A stretch of 63,868 nt of DNA, filler included, from Octopus bimaculoides (GCF_001194135.2; 4 parts of 4 records of this genome joined end to end with filler, not necessarily neighbours in it); one strand, 5' to 3'. Positions 9,895 through 20,767 are shown, counted from the first letter of the whole stretch. Made by a program: numbers and translations. The notes: generated by a model not told the origin, from the letters alone.

Positions 9895-10110
9895 TCTGTG
9901 TGGTTGTGAAGCCTGCTTGATAACCATGTGGTCTCAAGTTCAGTCCCACTGTACTGTACTTTGGGCAAGTGATTTTTTGTTCTCTGGCCTCAGCCTGACC
10001 AAAGCCTTGTGAGTGGATTTGGCACACGGAAACTGGAAGAATCTCATCATATATATGTGTGTGTGTTTGCATTTACCCTTGTCTTGATATTACCATCATA
10101 GAAGCAGTGT
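9895..10110 (+). mobile_element. CORE-type SINE, duplicate of the 2140 copy
   Basis: Same flank and sequence as 2140-2345. Homology ends after agcagtgtt. Confidence 0.8.
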
Positions 10111-10400
10111 TGAAGAGAGCAGGGCCAATTGAGGTGAAATAGTTCTGTCATGGTGTTGTGATATGACATGAACATTTCTGTAGTGGACGGATGGCACGGG
10201 AGCCAAGCCTCGGACGAATTTTAAAGATGGGCAATGTTGATGGAATATTTGCCACATCATACAGATGATATAGAGCTCACAGCGGTGGTGGAGGGAGCAA
10301 AGCCTGAGCTTTTTGAGTCGATCCCAATAGTCAAGGCTTGTCATGTCATCCTCCGCCAGGCAGCTCATTTTAAGATAGATACGCGAATAAAATTACTAAT
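10111..10400 (-). mobile_element. CR1/L2-like LINE ORF2 fragment
   Basis: Minus-strand LDYWDRLKKLRLCSLHHRCELYIICMMWQI resembles the LxYxxRLxxLxLYSLxRRRERY motif. Confidence 0.7.
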
Positions 10401-10479
10401 AGAGAAACGAAAATAAACTTTGGAAGCAACAACGCCACCATAGGTCATGTGGAAACGAACGTGTTTTCAAGGGAGATAA

Positions 10480-11430
10480 TCAAAGAAAGTAACATTCATA
10501 CAGGAGAGAAGCCATATTACTGTGACATCTATAGTGAATCATTCTCTGCAAAATGTAACTTAACAAGACACAAGTGTATTCATGCAGGAGAGAAGCCATA
10601 TTGTTGTGATATCTGTGGTAAATCATTCTTTCAAGCAAGCAACTTAACTAGGCACAGGTACACTCATACAAGAGAGAAACCATATTGCTGTAATATTTGT
10701 GGTAAATCCTTCCCTGAAGTAAGTAGATTAACTAAACACAAATGTATTCATACAGGAGAGAAGTCATATCACTGGGATATCTGTGGTAAGTCATTCTCTC
10801 AAAAATTTCACTTAACTCAGCATGAGCACACTCACGGGAGAAACCATATCGCTGTCGTATCTGTGATAAATCATTCTCTGAAAGAAGAGAATTAACTAAA
10901 CATACGTAGTCACACAGCAGACAAACCCTATCAATGTGATATCTGTTGTAAATAATCCTAAGATTGGAGGCGCAATGGCCTAGTGGTTAGGGCAGCAGAC
11001 CGGGCATTGTGAGTGTTTATTGAGTAAAAACACCTGAAGCTCCACGAAGCTCCGGCAGGGAATGGTGGCGAACCCTGCTGTACTCTTTCACCACAACTTT
11101 CTCTCACTCTTTCTTCCTGTTTCTGTTGTGCCTGTATTTCAAAGGGTCAGCCTTGTCACACTCTATGTCACGCTGAATATCCCCGATAACTACATTAAGG
11201 GTACACGTGCCTGTGGAGTGCTCAGCCACTTGCATGGTAATTTCACGAGCAGGCTGTTCCGTTGATCGGATCAACTGGAACCCTCGACTGAGTGCCAACA
11301 ACAAATCCTCAGATGGAGCTGCCTTAACTAAACACAAGCACCACCTTCTTACAGGAGAGAAACCATATCAGTGTGATATTTGTGGTATATCATTCTCTCA
11401 CAGTGGCTAGACACAAATGTGTTCATACAG
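10480..11430 (+). pseudogene. C2H2 zinc-finger pseudogene (paralog C)
   Basis: About 4-5 readable fingers in the 10449-10895 ORF (two lack a Cys: CDIYS, HWDIC). Frameshifts at ~10835 and ~10885, a stop at ~10952, a SINE inside a finger, more finger remnants to ~11430. Confidence 0.8.
10970..11303 (+). mobile_element. SINE family A copy inserted in a zinc finger, with two internal deletions
   Basis: Degenerate TSD aatcctaagattggag (10954-10969) / aatcctcagatggag (11304-11318). B-box segment missing. Confidence 0.85.
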
Positions 11431-11784
11431 AGGTAGAAGACTGTATCAAGGAGGTTGTCAAGTCATCAATGAGATAGGACTAAGGGACTTTTCAAACCCA
11501 CTTGAACCCTATACCCATTGACCAACCTTAAAGAATCAACACCTGAAGAAAAATTGATATTAAGAGGTAATATTTATCCCCACTTAATTTTGTGGCTGTT
11601 CTGTTGGAACAAGATATTCTGTGGTAGTTCCATGAGAGAAGCCACTACAAGAATTTTTTTTCATTGTAATTACCACAGTACAGTTTGTGCTAAGAACATC
11701 CACACTTAAGCGGGGATAAATATTATCCCTCAGTATGGATACTGCTTCTGTGCTAATAAATATATTTAGCTAGACATTGATATT

Positions 11785-12585
11785 AATGTATATGTGCTGT
11801 GCGTGAGGAGACCTGGCAAGCCAAGTGAGATCGTTGCCAGGGCCCCTGGACTGGCTCTTGTGCGGGTGGCACATAAGATGCACCATTTTGAGCATGACCG
11901 TTGCCAGTGCCGCCTGACTGGCTTTCGTAGGGTTTTCGAGCGAGATCGTTGCCAGTGCCCCTGGACTGGCTTTTGTGCGGGTGGCACATAAAAGACACCA
12001 TTTCGAGCGTGGCCGTTGCCAGTACCGCCTGACTGGCCTTCGTGCGGGTGACACGTAAAAGCACCCACTACACTCTCTGAGTGGTTGNNNNNNNNNNNNN
12101 NNNNNNNNNNNNNNNNNNNNNNNNNNNNNNNNNNNNNNNNNNNNNNNNNNNNNNNNNNNNNNNNNNNNNNNNNNNNNNNNNNNNNNNNNNNNNNNNNNNN
12201 NNNNNNNNNNNNNNNNNNNNNNNNNNNNNNNNNNNNNNNNNNNNNNNNNNNNNNNNNNNNNNNNNNNNNNNNNNNNNNNNNNNNNNNNNNNNNNNNNNNN
12301 NNNNNNNNNNNNNNNNNNNNNNNNNNNNNNNNNNNNNNNNNNNNNNNNNNNNNNNNNNNNNNNNNNNNNNNNNNNNNNNNNNNNNNNNNNNNNNNNNNNN
12401 NNNNNNNNNNNNNNNNNNNNNNNNNNNNNNNNNNNNNNNNNNNNNNNNNNNNNNNNNNNNNNNNNNNNNNNNNNNNNNNNNNNNNNNNNNNNNNNNNNNN
12501 NNNNNNNNNNNNNNNNNNNNNNNNNNNNGTGTTGCCATCCGGTTTCACCAGTCCTCAGTCAAATCGTCCAACCCATGCTAGCTCC
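11785..12585 (+). mobile_element. SINE-like element with internal 67/48-bp tandem units and RTE-type tail (gap inside)
   Basis: cgttgccag anchors at 11832, 11899, 11947, 12014. Then cacccactacactctctgagtggttg, a gap, and the same tail as 871-990. Confidence 0.7.
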
Positions 12586-12784
12586 TTTGCTATCATAAGG
12601 CTTTTTTGGAGCTGGATTTTCTACAGGGAGCATGCCCTTGCTTACCCCCAACCTCAGTTTCTAGACATGAGTTGTCCTGAGACCAAGGCCTCAACCACGA
12701 TTTTTAAGAAATGTGGTGGAAAACTAGCTCAGGAAGGCAAGGACACTACTCCCTGAGACCTCATTTGGAGCCTCCCTACCTATA

Positions 12785-12828
<44 letters not shown>

Positions 12829-12840
12829 ATATGTATATAT

Positions 12841-13200
12841 GAGTGGGTGATGAAAAGTTCCTGGCTTTAAGGGTATCACAAAAGGCCTAGCTGGAGACCC
12901 AACCTTCCAAGTTCTTTTATAGGGCTTAGAAAAACCAAAGGACCACTGCAATAAGTGTGAATCTGAGAGGGGAATATGTTGAATTCACTACTGTAGCTAG
13001 AGTGTGTGTCGCCTGGGGCGGCCCTTCTGTTTTCCACCTCCGGATTCCACAAAAAATACGTATTGCCTACAGCAGATCCAAAAGTGCCTCCTGGGGCGGA
13101 CTGCCCGTAGCTACACTAGTGGTTGAATATAATCATAATGAAGTGATAATCCTGTATTTTCTTTTACCCAAAACCAGAAACCTTTTAGCACCCTCTCATA
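12841..13200. mobile_element. Mariner-derived MITE in a (TA)n tract
   Basis: Left gagtgggtgatgaaaagttcctggcttt versus right (reverse complement) gagagggtgctaaaaggtttctggtttt. TA flanks. Confidence 0.7.
12986..13121. mobile_element. 136-bp MITE with CACTA termini nested in the mariner MITE
   Basis: TIRs cactactgtagcta / tagctacactagtg (13 of 14 match). Internal cctggggcgg repeats. gttgaat at 12978-12984 and 13122-13128. Confidence 0.75.
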
Positions 13201-13434
13201 CAGGAAATCAATATTGATGCAAAATTTTAGTTTAAACATCCCATACAACCCCTCATAGCTATTCTTTTAGTTTGGGGATTTTTCAGAAAATGTTGGGTTT
13301 ATATTCTATATACAGGAATTCATATGATTATGACNNNNNNNNNNNNNNNNNNNNNNNNNNNNNNNNNNNNNNNNNNNNTTAATTAATTAANNNNNNNNNN
13401 NNNNNNNNNNNNNNNNNNNNNNNNNNNNNNNNNN

Positions 13435-13500
13435 CGCTCTTCAACAGAAAGAATACGGAGACAAGGAGAAAAACACGGAGAAAAAAAATTGAATAGTGTT
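13435..13500 (-). mobile_element. Penelope-like element terminal fragment, cut by a gap
   Basis: Reverse complement tctttctgttgaagagcg matches 43378-43395. Confidence 0.55.
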
Positions 13501-13683
13501 CAGTCAACGGTTAACTGAATACTTTTATTTCCAACATATGTTTCAAAGATTACAAATTATACCTTCCATAGGAATAGGTGATGTTGATAAGAATGTAATC
13601 TTCTCTTCAGGGAAATGCATGGGAACCAGCTTAAACGTAAGACATTTTAACCGAATATGAGAACTGTATTTGGAGAAGGTTGT

Positions 13684-13806
13684 TACGTAATTTATTTGAA
13701 AAAGCCGTTGGAGGTTGGGACGCTACTAGACAGTACGTTGGACAAGAAGGGAAAAAAAGAAAGAAATTTCCAAAAGTAGAAAAAGTATGCAAATATACGC
13801 ATGCGC
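13684..13806. promoter_or_regulatory. Second promoter-like motif cluster
   Basis: TTACGTAA 13684-13691, ATGCAAAT octamer 13787-13794, ACGCATGCGC NRF1-type 13797-13806. Local CpG retention. Confidence 0.3.
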
Positions 13807-13899
13807 TTACACCAGAATGAAAGAATGTTGGTCTGCTCTAGTAGCCAGTGAGATGGCATTATTAGTAATCCAGAACAATTAATTGATGACAATATCTCT

Positions 13900-14445
13900 T
13901 CTCTTCATGAAGTCGCTTGCATTCAGTTTCAGCGCGCTCTGCCAGCATCATACACACACTTCCATGCCTTCCACTCTACAGCCAGGGCCTCCAACCGATT
14001 GGGAGGGAGACCTCATGAAATGAGAGACCGTTGAAGATGATCAATTTCGGAAGGATCCAGTCTGGATCTCACTGAAGACAACCATCATTGGGAGCCGGTT
14101 AACTGACATCCGAATCTCATGACCAACCCAGTGGAGAAGATGACAAAGCTGTAGATCCCAGCTCTCAGGCGGATTTCGGTGTGTGACACCTTGTCTTGCC
14201 ATGTGAGACGGAGGATACTTAGGAGCGATATTATTTGCAACGTTTCCAGTTGTCTGATTTGGCGCTGATAAAGGGTCCAACAATCAGACCAGCGCAGAAA
14301 AGTGGATACGTAGACAGCTCGATGAACAGAGATTTTTGTAGTTGCTTTAAAGTTCTTGTTCCGGAAGTCTTGTTTGGTGAGTCTCCCGAAAGATGCAGAA
14401 GATGAGTTAATCCGATGGAGTATCTCTTCTTTCGAAGAGTTCATT
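13900..14445 (-). mobile_element. RTE (BovB-like) LINE ORF C-terminal fragment
   Basis: EILHRINSSSASFGRL...TKISVHRAVYVSTFL..SDCWTLY; WVGHEIRMSVNRLP..VFSE. Confidence 0.8.
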
Positions 14446-14724
14446 TTTTAGGGATCGTGCTTCCAAGATAATAGAATGAGTTCGTCTGCGGTAGAGGTAC
14501 ATAATCAATAATGATGGGCTAAGGGAGAGGTGAGTACGTGTGTGTGCTTGCATATAAGCATGTATGTATGCTTGCCACGAGAAGGAAACTGTACCAATTG
14601 CATTCACTGTTCTCCATGACTGGTGTGTATGCTCGTGAAACATATGCTCTCTCTCTCTCTCTCTCTCTCTCTCTCGAATTTTTATTATAGCTGTTTAGAA
14701 TTATTATAAGTATTGCTTCCAAAT

Positions 14725-14930
14725 TTTGGCACAGGTTCAGCAATTTCGGGGGTAGTGTTAAGTCAATTGAATCGATCTCAACGCCTTACTGGTACTTATT
14801 TTATCGACCCCGTATGGATGAAAAGCAAAATAGGCCTCGGCAGAATTTGAACCTAGATCGTAAAGACGGCTGAAATACTTCTGAGCATTTTATCTGTCGT
14901 AGTAAGGATTCTGCCCGCTGGTCGCCTTAG
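14725..14930 (-). mobile_element. SINE family B (central cttttcatcctttcggggtcgataaaataagtaccag-type domain)
   Basis: Reverse complement of the 26590-26810 consensus. Confidence 0.7.
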
Positions 14931-15049
14931 AATTATAAATATTAATATTATTGTTTCTTACTCCACGTCTTAACGCTAAAAGTGATAGAAATAGGTACAA
15001 AATTATTATGTGGCTCCAATTACTAAACTTAAACCCCTCAAATACATCG

Positions 15050-15450
15050 TCACTATTTCGTTAAATTCCAAACTTTCCCAATGGTTACCAAATTCAGACC
15101 AACTACCAAACATTCACCTTAAAAGAATTACTTCACCCTTTCCTTTTTACCGCTCATTGCTTTTTCTCTTTAGTTTGATCACTGAAACTGCGGAAATATC
15201 GTTTGTTTCAAAAGCTGTTGTTCAGCTCCTTCGTATCTTTTGATTCTTTCCCCCAAAATTGTTGAAGTCGAATTTGAACTGCAGCTCGGCATTTTCTCCA
15301 AATATTTACTCCCACTTCATAAGGTCTTAATCTATACATTTCTAGTTATTAGGGTGATGTTAAATAAAGACATGATCTTTTTGATGGAGTCACGGAAGCA
15401 TTTCTTTGGTTTACCTCTTTGCGGCAACTTGTTATAAGTTTAAAGCAAAG
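15050..15450 (-). mobile_element. Old RTE LINE 3' fragment
   Basis: Minus-strand GKPKKCFRDSIKK matches the RTE motif GRPKKRFKDxLK. Confidence 0.55.
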
Positions 15451-15619
15451 GTGTTAAATAAATCTGTATATTCACATCTGTTTTCTGCAGCACTGACAGG
15501 AATTAACTGTAGTTTCTAATTCTCGATTACTATCCAATACGGACAAAATACAGAACTTTTAAACTGACAAAGGTTTAAATGAAGAAAAAAAGAAACAACA
15601 AAGAAAAGCCCATACATCT

Positions 15620-15731
15620 ATGACGACGATCTGTGAGTTTCAACATTACGACGGCGGAAGTTGTTTCATTTTCACTGAATGCTATCAAGACACCATTTCC
15701 GATGCATGTGTTTGCGCTTATGGGATGTTTG
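15620..15731 (+). other. Candidate exon with EGF-like cysteine spacing
   Basis: ICEFQHYDGGSCFIFTECYQDTISDACVCAYGMF-G then GTACGG (phase-1 donor). The 6th Cys is not present in frame. Confidence 0.25.
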
Positions 15732-15759
15732 GTACGGCCATTCAATACGTACATAGACA

Positions 15760-15808
<49 letters not shown>

Positions 15809-16689
15809 ATGCGAAACAGTCTGCATAATTCATTTCTGGTTCTAATATACATACACACATACATACATAAATACATGCATATGTATGTATTTAGGCATAT
15901 ATATATATACATATGTATGTGTGTATTTACGCATGCATACAGGTATACATACATACAGGTATACATACATACATAATGCATACATACATACATACGTACG
16001 TACGTACGTACATACATGTATGCTTGCATATATATAATATGCGTTCTTGACAATAAAGCTAATTAGTAAAGACATGTTTGATTTGATGTTCGTTCAAGAA
16101 GTCTTAACAATGGAAAGAACTGAAAATTGATTTGGACTGCAAATATCTAATATTATGTTTTAAATTCAAAGTATTTCAGTTTTACTTTCATGGTTATATT
16201 TATATTTTTTATTTACTTATTTCAGCTTTGTGTATATTATCTATGAAAGTGAATCTGTCAAAATAATTTTTTGTCTAATTCATCAGTGAAATGTTTTAAA
16301 ACCTTACCTTTCCTACTGTATAATTCTTTTCTAATTAATTCAGACAACACATTTGTATGTTTCATAAATTTTAGTCAAAAGAAAAGGTTAAAGTAAAAGA
16401 TTTACTATTGTATGTGTTCGAATTTACAGGCCATTCGCACAATGAATGTTTTTTTCTTCATTTCGAGATGAGATCTGTAGAAATAGCGTCGTCATCATTA
16501 GATAGTGGTTTGGAGGAACACAGTTTCGTAACGGCTTTAAGCTTGATATTATGTAAATATAGCCAGGAAACTAGGAAACTCATCTTGTTTTGCTCATCGT
16601 GCTTGAAATCTTAAGAAGTTCTACCAGATTTTCACTGTCCAAGATATTTTGAAGTGTATCGTGTGAATTAAGAAGTCGCATTCCCTCCC

Positions 16690-17360
16690 CAAGAACCCAA
16701 ATTCAGTCATACTTTGCTCCAAACGGTGTTCCAGCTTTTAGTTAGGTGGTGAATGATAGCTACTGTTAGTGGTAGTACATTACCTAATTGCAGTACAATG
16801 ACAATCCACCAATGTGGTATACTATCAAATGCTTTTTGATAGTCTAACCAAACTTTTGCAGTTCTTTATTGTTATTTCTTATATCATTTTGTTAATTAAT
16901 AGGCGCTCGAATCACCTCCATACTCTCTTCTTTCCTCTAGCTCGTTCAGATGTTACACTATTGTTGGTGGTACAATGATCCCATATAAACAGGCTGAGGC
17001 AGCCAGTGTATATCTTATACATATCTTGGCAGGCTATTGTGCGGTAATTTTTAGTTCCGGTGGTTTGGCTATTCTGAAGAACGAGAACGGTGATGGTTGT
17101 TGATTACCAGGTAGTTACGCTTAATGTGCACTTGTACGCTTCCATACCAATATCTTCCAATAAGAACTGGACCTGGCTATTTCTTCTTTGATATCTTTTA
17201 AGGACTTTTTCTTGTACTGTACAGTCGATTTCATAATGCTTTTGTTCAACATATTTGCAGTATAACTCTTCTAAGTGGTCTGCACATTCAGATTTTTCGT
17301 TGAATTTATCATTCCTTTCCCATATTGATCTCTAGTAACTTTCCACTTGTTCTGTTGATG
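16690..17360 (-). mobile_element. RLE-type (R4/Dong-like) LINE RT fragment
   Basis: Minus-strand VWLDYQKAFDSIPHW, plus PGP and IACQ..YKIYTGCL remnants. Confidence 0.75.
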
Positions 17361-17399
17361 GGATGTTTTTTTTTACTATTTTGTTCTATATTTATTCAG

Positions 17400-19190
17400 A
17401 CGACGAAAAGGCAAACAATTACCAAAAATCAAAGACGATCGCAAAATTGAATGCACTCATTTACCGACGCCAAAATAGTTTAACAAACAAAGAACCTAAC
17501 TATTTAACTTATTTTGAATGAAAAACTAGCTAATTCTACGGCATCCACAAAATCCACAAGAATCAAACCACTAAAGATGCCTGTAAAGAATTTAACAAAT
17601 TTAGATCAAATGCAGCAGATACGAAATATGAAACACACAGACAAAGCAATTTTTTTTAGATATATTACTGAAACCTATTTTATAATATATACCGAATCTT
17701 GTAAGGGACGATATGGACCTGTTAAACCACCTCCCTAAACCCGTTAACAAAGATGCCTTTATTGTATCATTTGATGTAATAAACCTCTATACTACGATTT
17801 TGCAGCAATATGGACTAGAGGAAATAAGTTTATAGGTCCCAAAATTCCCTAATGAAACTCCAGACACAACAGAAGAAAGTTTAATCACCGAAGGATTAAA
17901 ATTCACCCTTGAAAGCAATTTTTTTAAACTTTAAGGCAATATTTACAAGTAAATATCTGGGACTGCGATGGGTACGAAAGTCGCTTCGACTTATACCAAT
18001 TCAGTCATGGCACACATGGAGGTCCAGATATATGAAGTATCTAAATTAAAATATGGCTTGTACTTCCATATGTATTTACTATGAAAGTGGAAACATTACT
18101 TAGATGACTGCCTGATACTTTAAGCGCCCACATTTGACCAACTTATTGATTTCAAAAAACCTAATTAACAGCATAAACAATAGTATTGACTTCATGGAAT
18201 ACAGTAAAACTCAACTACCATTCCAGAACATTCTAATCATCAAAACAGATAAAGACATTGAAGGAGACATTCATTACAGACCAGCAGATTCCAAACAATA
18301 CCTTCTCTTCTTCTTATGCCATATCAAACACACGAAGACTAATATTCTATTTATTATAACAAGAAGAATCTGCACAATTGTTTCAGACGTTGACACTCGT
18401 AATAAAAGACTGTAGGAAATAAAACAAATACTACTTGAAAGAAAATATACGTCAATGTTAATAGACAACGAAATAGAGCGTGCCAAAGCAAAGATATTGA
18501 AGAATTACGAAAAACAAAAGCACACCAGACACACCCAATACTCTACCGTTTATTACAACACACAGCACAAAAGACACAACACAAAGGTTTACAACATTAT
18601 CCACCAGAACATTCTACTACTGAGACTAGAATGAAATAAGCAATCGAAATACACAAAATAATCAAAAGCAAAAGTCAATTAAAATCCCTACAAATCGCCC
18701 ACCTGCGCTAAATTACACTCCACAAACCCCATACCAACAGCCAAAAAGTATGGACGCCTTAATTGCGAGATTTGCATGAGCCTCATTGAAGACAAAAATA
18801 TAAATTTAAATCAGGTTAGATTTTAATCACAAAAAAATCATTGTATTTGTTTGTCAGAAAAAATAATATATGTTCTTAAGTGTGAAAAATGTAACGAAAA
18901 TTGCATAGATCAAACAAATTTTCTCTCAGAAATAGACTAACTTTTCATCATCAATAAATACGAAACCCCGGCACTAGACAGATCCCACTGACATATTTGC
19001 AAAAAAATAAGCCTCCCAAATTCCAAATCTTACTTTTGTTAAGTCAATAACATAGGTCAAGCACAGATAAACAAAGAAAATATTTTCATACAAAAATTAC
19101 AAATCTAGACTGAATAAACAAACAACCCAAAGTTCACGTAAAAATTTAGTGGGGAACAAAATTTTATACATACGTATATAGATATAAATC
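17400..19190 (+). mobile_element. Degenerate Penelope-like element (RT plus GIY-YIG)
   Basis: SFDVINLYT, GTAMGTKVA, YLDDC, IHYRPADSKQYL, CH.KHTKTNI, RRICT, CEKCNENCIDQT across frames. Confidence 0.8.
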
Positions 19191-19287
19191 ATAACCATTC
19201 AGCCACACTGTTCACTGAACCACTTGGCAGATTAAATTTAGAAAGCTCTGATTGTTTTGGAGTGCCACTAAATAGGTTCACTCAGCT

Positions 19288-19600
19288 ATGTCAGCCTTAA
19301 GTTTCGGTGCAAAACTTTCAGATAGGGATCGTCGGACTCTCACGCGAATTGTTAGAAAGGATCACAAAAGTACTGCTCCCCAAATTACTGCAGAGCTTAA
19401 TGACCACCCCGAGAACACAGTTTTCACAAAAACTGTTCGCTGGAAGCTGCACAAAGCCGGATTTCACGGGAGCGCTGCAATCAGAAAACCACTACTTTCA
19501 AAAACAAACGTTGCAAAGTGTTTAGAATGGGGTAAAAACCTATAGAATTGATCCCTAGATTAGGTGGAAGAATGTTATTTTCTCGGAAGAGAAAATAATT
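19288..19600 (+). mobile_element. Tc1-family transposase N-terminal fragment
   Basis: KLSDRDRRTLTRIVRK..TAPQITAELN...TVRWKLHKAG..AIRKPLLSKTNVAKCLEW, then WKNVIFS. Confidence 0.8.
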
Positions 19601-20065
19601 CAGTGTGTAAATGTGTTCTCTGGAGATTTCTTTAATGTTCTCATTTGTGTAGAATTCAAGTTTTCATACAATTTTAATGATCACGAATAGTGTGAATATC
19701 GTGTAATATGATTTAATTGTGGTGTTTCTCTATGTAGCACTGTTTTAGAAAAAATTCTTTAATTTCAGAAGAATTTACTCTTTACTCTATAACTCTTTTA
19801 CTCGTTACAGCTCGAGAGCAGCGGCTATGCTATGGCACTACCATTAGTTTTGCTACATGTTGGTTACTTCAATCCTCCTGCTATATGTGGTATTTGATGA
19901 ATGAGTGAGTTTGATATTGCTGCTCTCATTTATATGTAAAATTAAAGGAGACAGCAGTTTGCAATGTTTTACCAGAAATGAAAACTATAATTGTTACATA
20001 ATTGTAGACAAAGCACATACATACAGACAGACATTACAATCATCTGAAAATGCCGTTCAAGAATT

Positions 20066-20114
20066 CCTTATATTGAATCCAGTTTCGGCAATTTTCGTTG
20101 CCTCATCAGTAAGG
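20066..20114 (-). ncRNA. Type I hammerhead ribozyme, copy 1
   Basis: Minus strand CCTTA-CTGATGA-GGCAA-cgaaaa-TTGCC-GAA-ACTG-gatt-CAAT-A-TAAGG. Perfect 5-bp stems I and II, intact core, AUA triplet, one mismatch in stem III. Confidence 0.85.
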
Positions 20115-20424
20115 AGCGGTTGTACTTCAGCAGATTTTGGACTTAATTCTCTGTCTGTATATATGTTTTTATCATAGAAATCTATGGATGCTTTAGCGAA
20201 TCGTAAATGTGTATACATAAAATTAAAATAGACAGCAGTTTGCAATGTTTTACCAAAAAGGAAAACTATAATTGTCACTAACTGTGACTAGGGTCTTGTA
20301 ACACCTACATTGCTAGAAATAAGAGCTCAAATGCTCTAATGCTGTAGTCAAAGCACGTAATTGTAGTCAAAGCACATATATACAAACAGGAACTACAATC
20401 GTCCGAAAACGCCGTTTGAGAATT

Positions 20425-20473
20425 CCTTATACTTAATATAATTTCGGCAATTTCCATTGCCTCATCAGTTAGG
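20425..20473 (-). ncRNA. Type I hammerhead ribozyme, copy 2
   Basis: Minus strand CCTAA-CTGATGA-GGCAAT-ggaa-ATTGCC-GAA-ATTA-tatt-AAGT-A-TAAGG. Intact core, 6-bp stem II with GNRA loop, GUA triplet, one stem I mismatch, weak stem III. Confidence 0.8.
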
Positions 20474-20710
20474 ACTGGTTCTATTTCTGCATACTTGGGA
20501 CTTAATTCTCTATCTGTATATATGTTTCCATCATAGAAATCTATGGCTGATTTAGCGAATTGCTAATTGCTGATTTAGCGAATTACATAAAATTGATTAT
20601 AGTCCCTGTCTATATATATATGTACACAATTATGCGCTTTGATGACAGCGTAGAGCATTTTAGATCTTATTATAGCAGTGTAAGTGTTATAACACCCTAG
20701 TCACAGTGAC

Positions 20711-20767
<57 letters not shown>

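Larger units (their letters stand above)
19932..20716 (-). repeat. Hammerhead-containing tandem repeat (two units) plus an inverted ~90-bp segment
   Basis: Unit 1 ~19932-20215, unit 2 ~20216-20592 (offset 281 bp, then 359 bp). Segment ~20268-20365 recurs inverted at ~20626-20716. Confidence 0.85.

Noticed and set aside
13379-13390. TTAATTAATTAA island inside N runs (also 39059-39070 and 55386-55397)
   Set aside because: The same 12-mer, with stops in all six frames, is centred in three gaps: an assembly linker, not biology.
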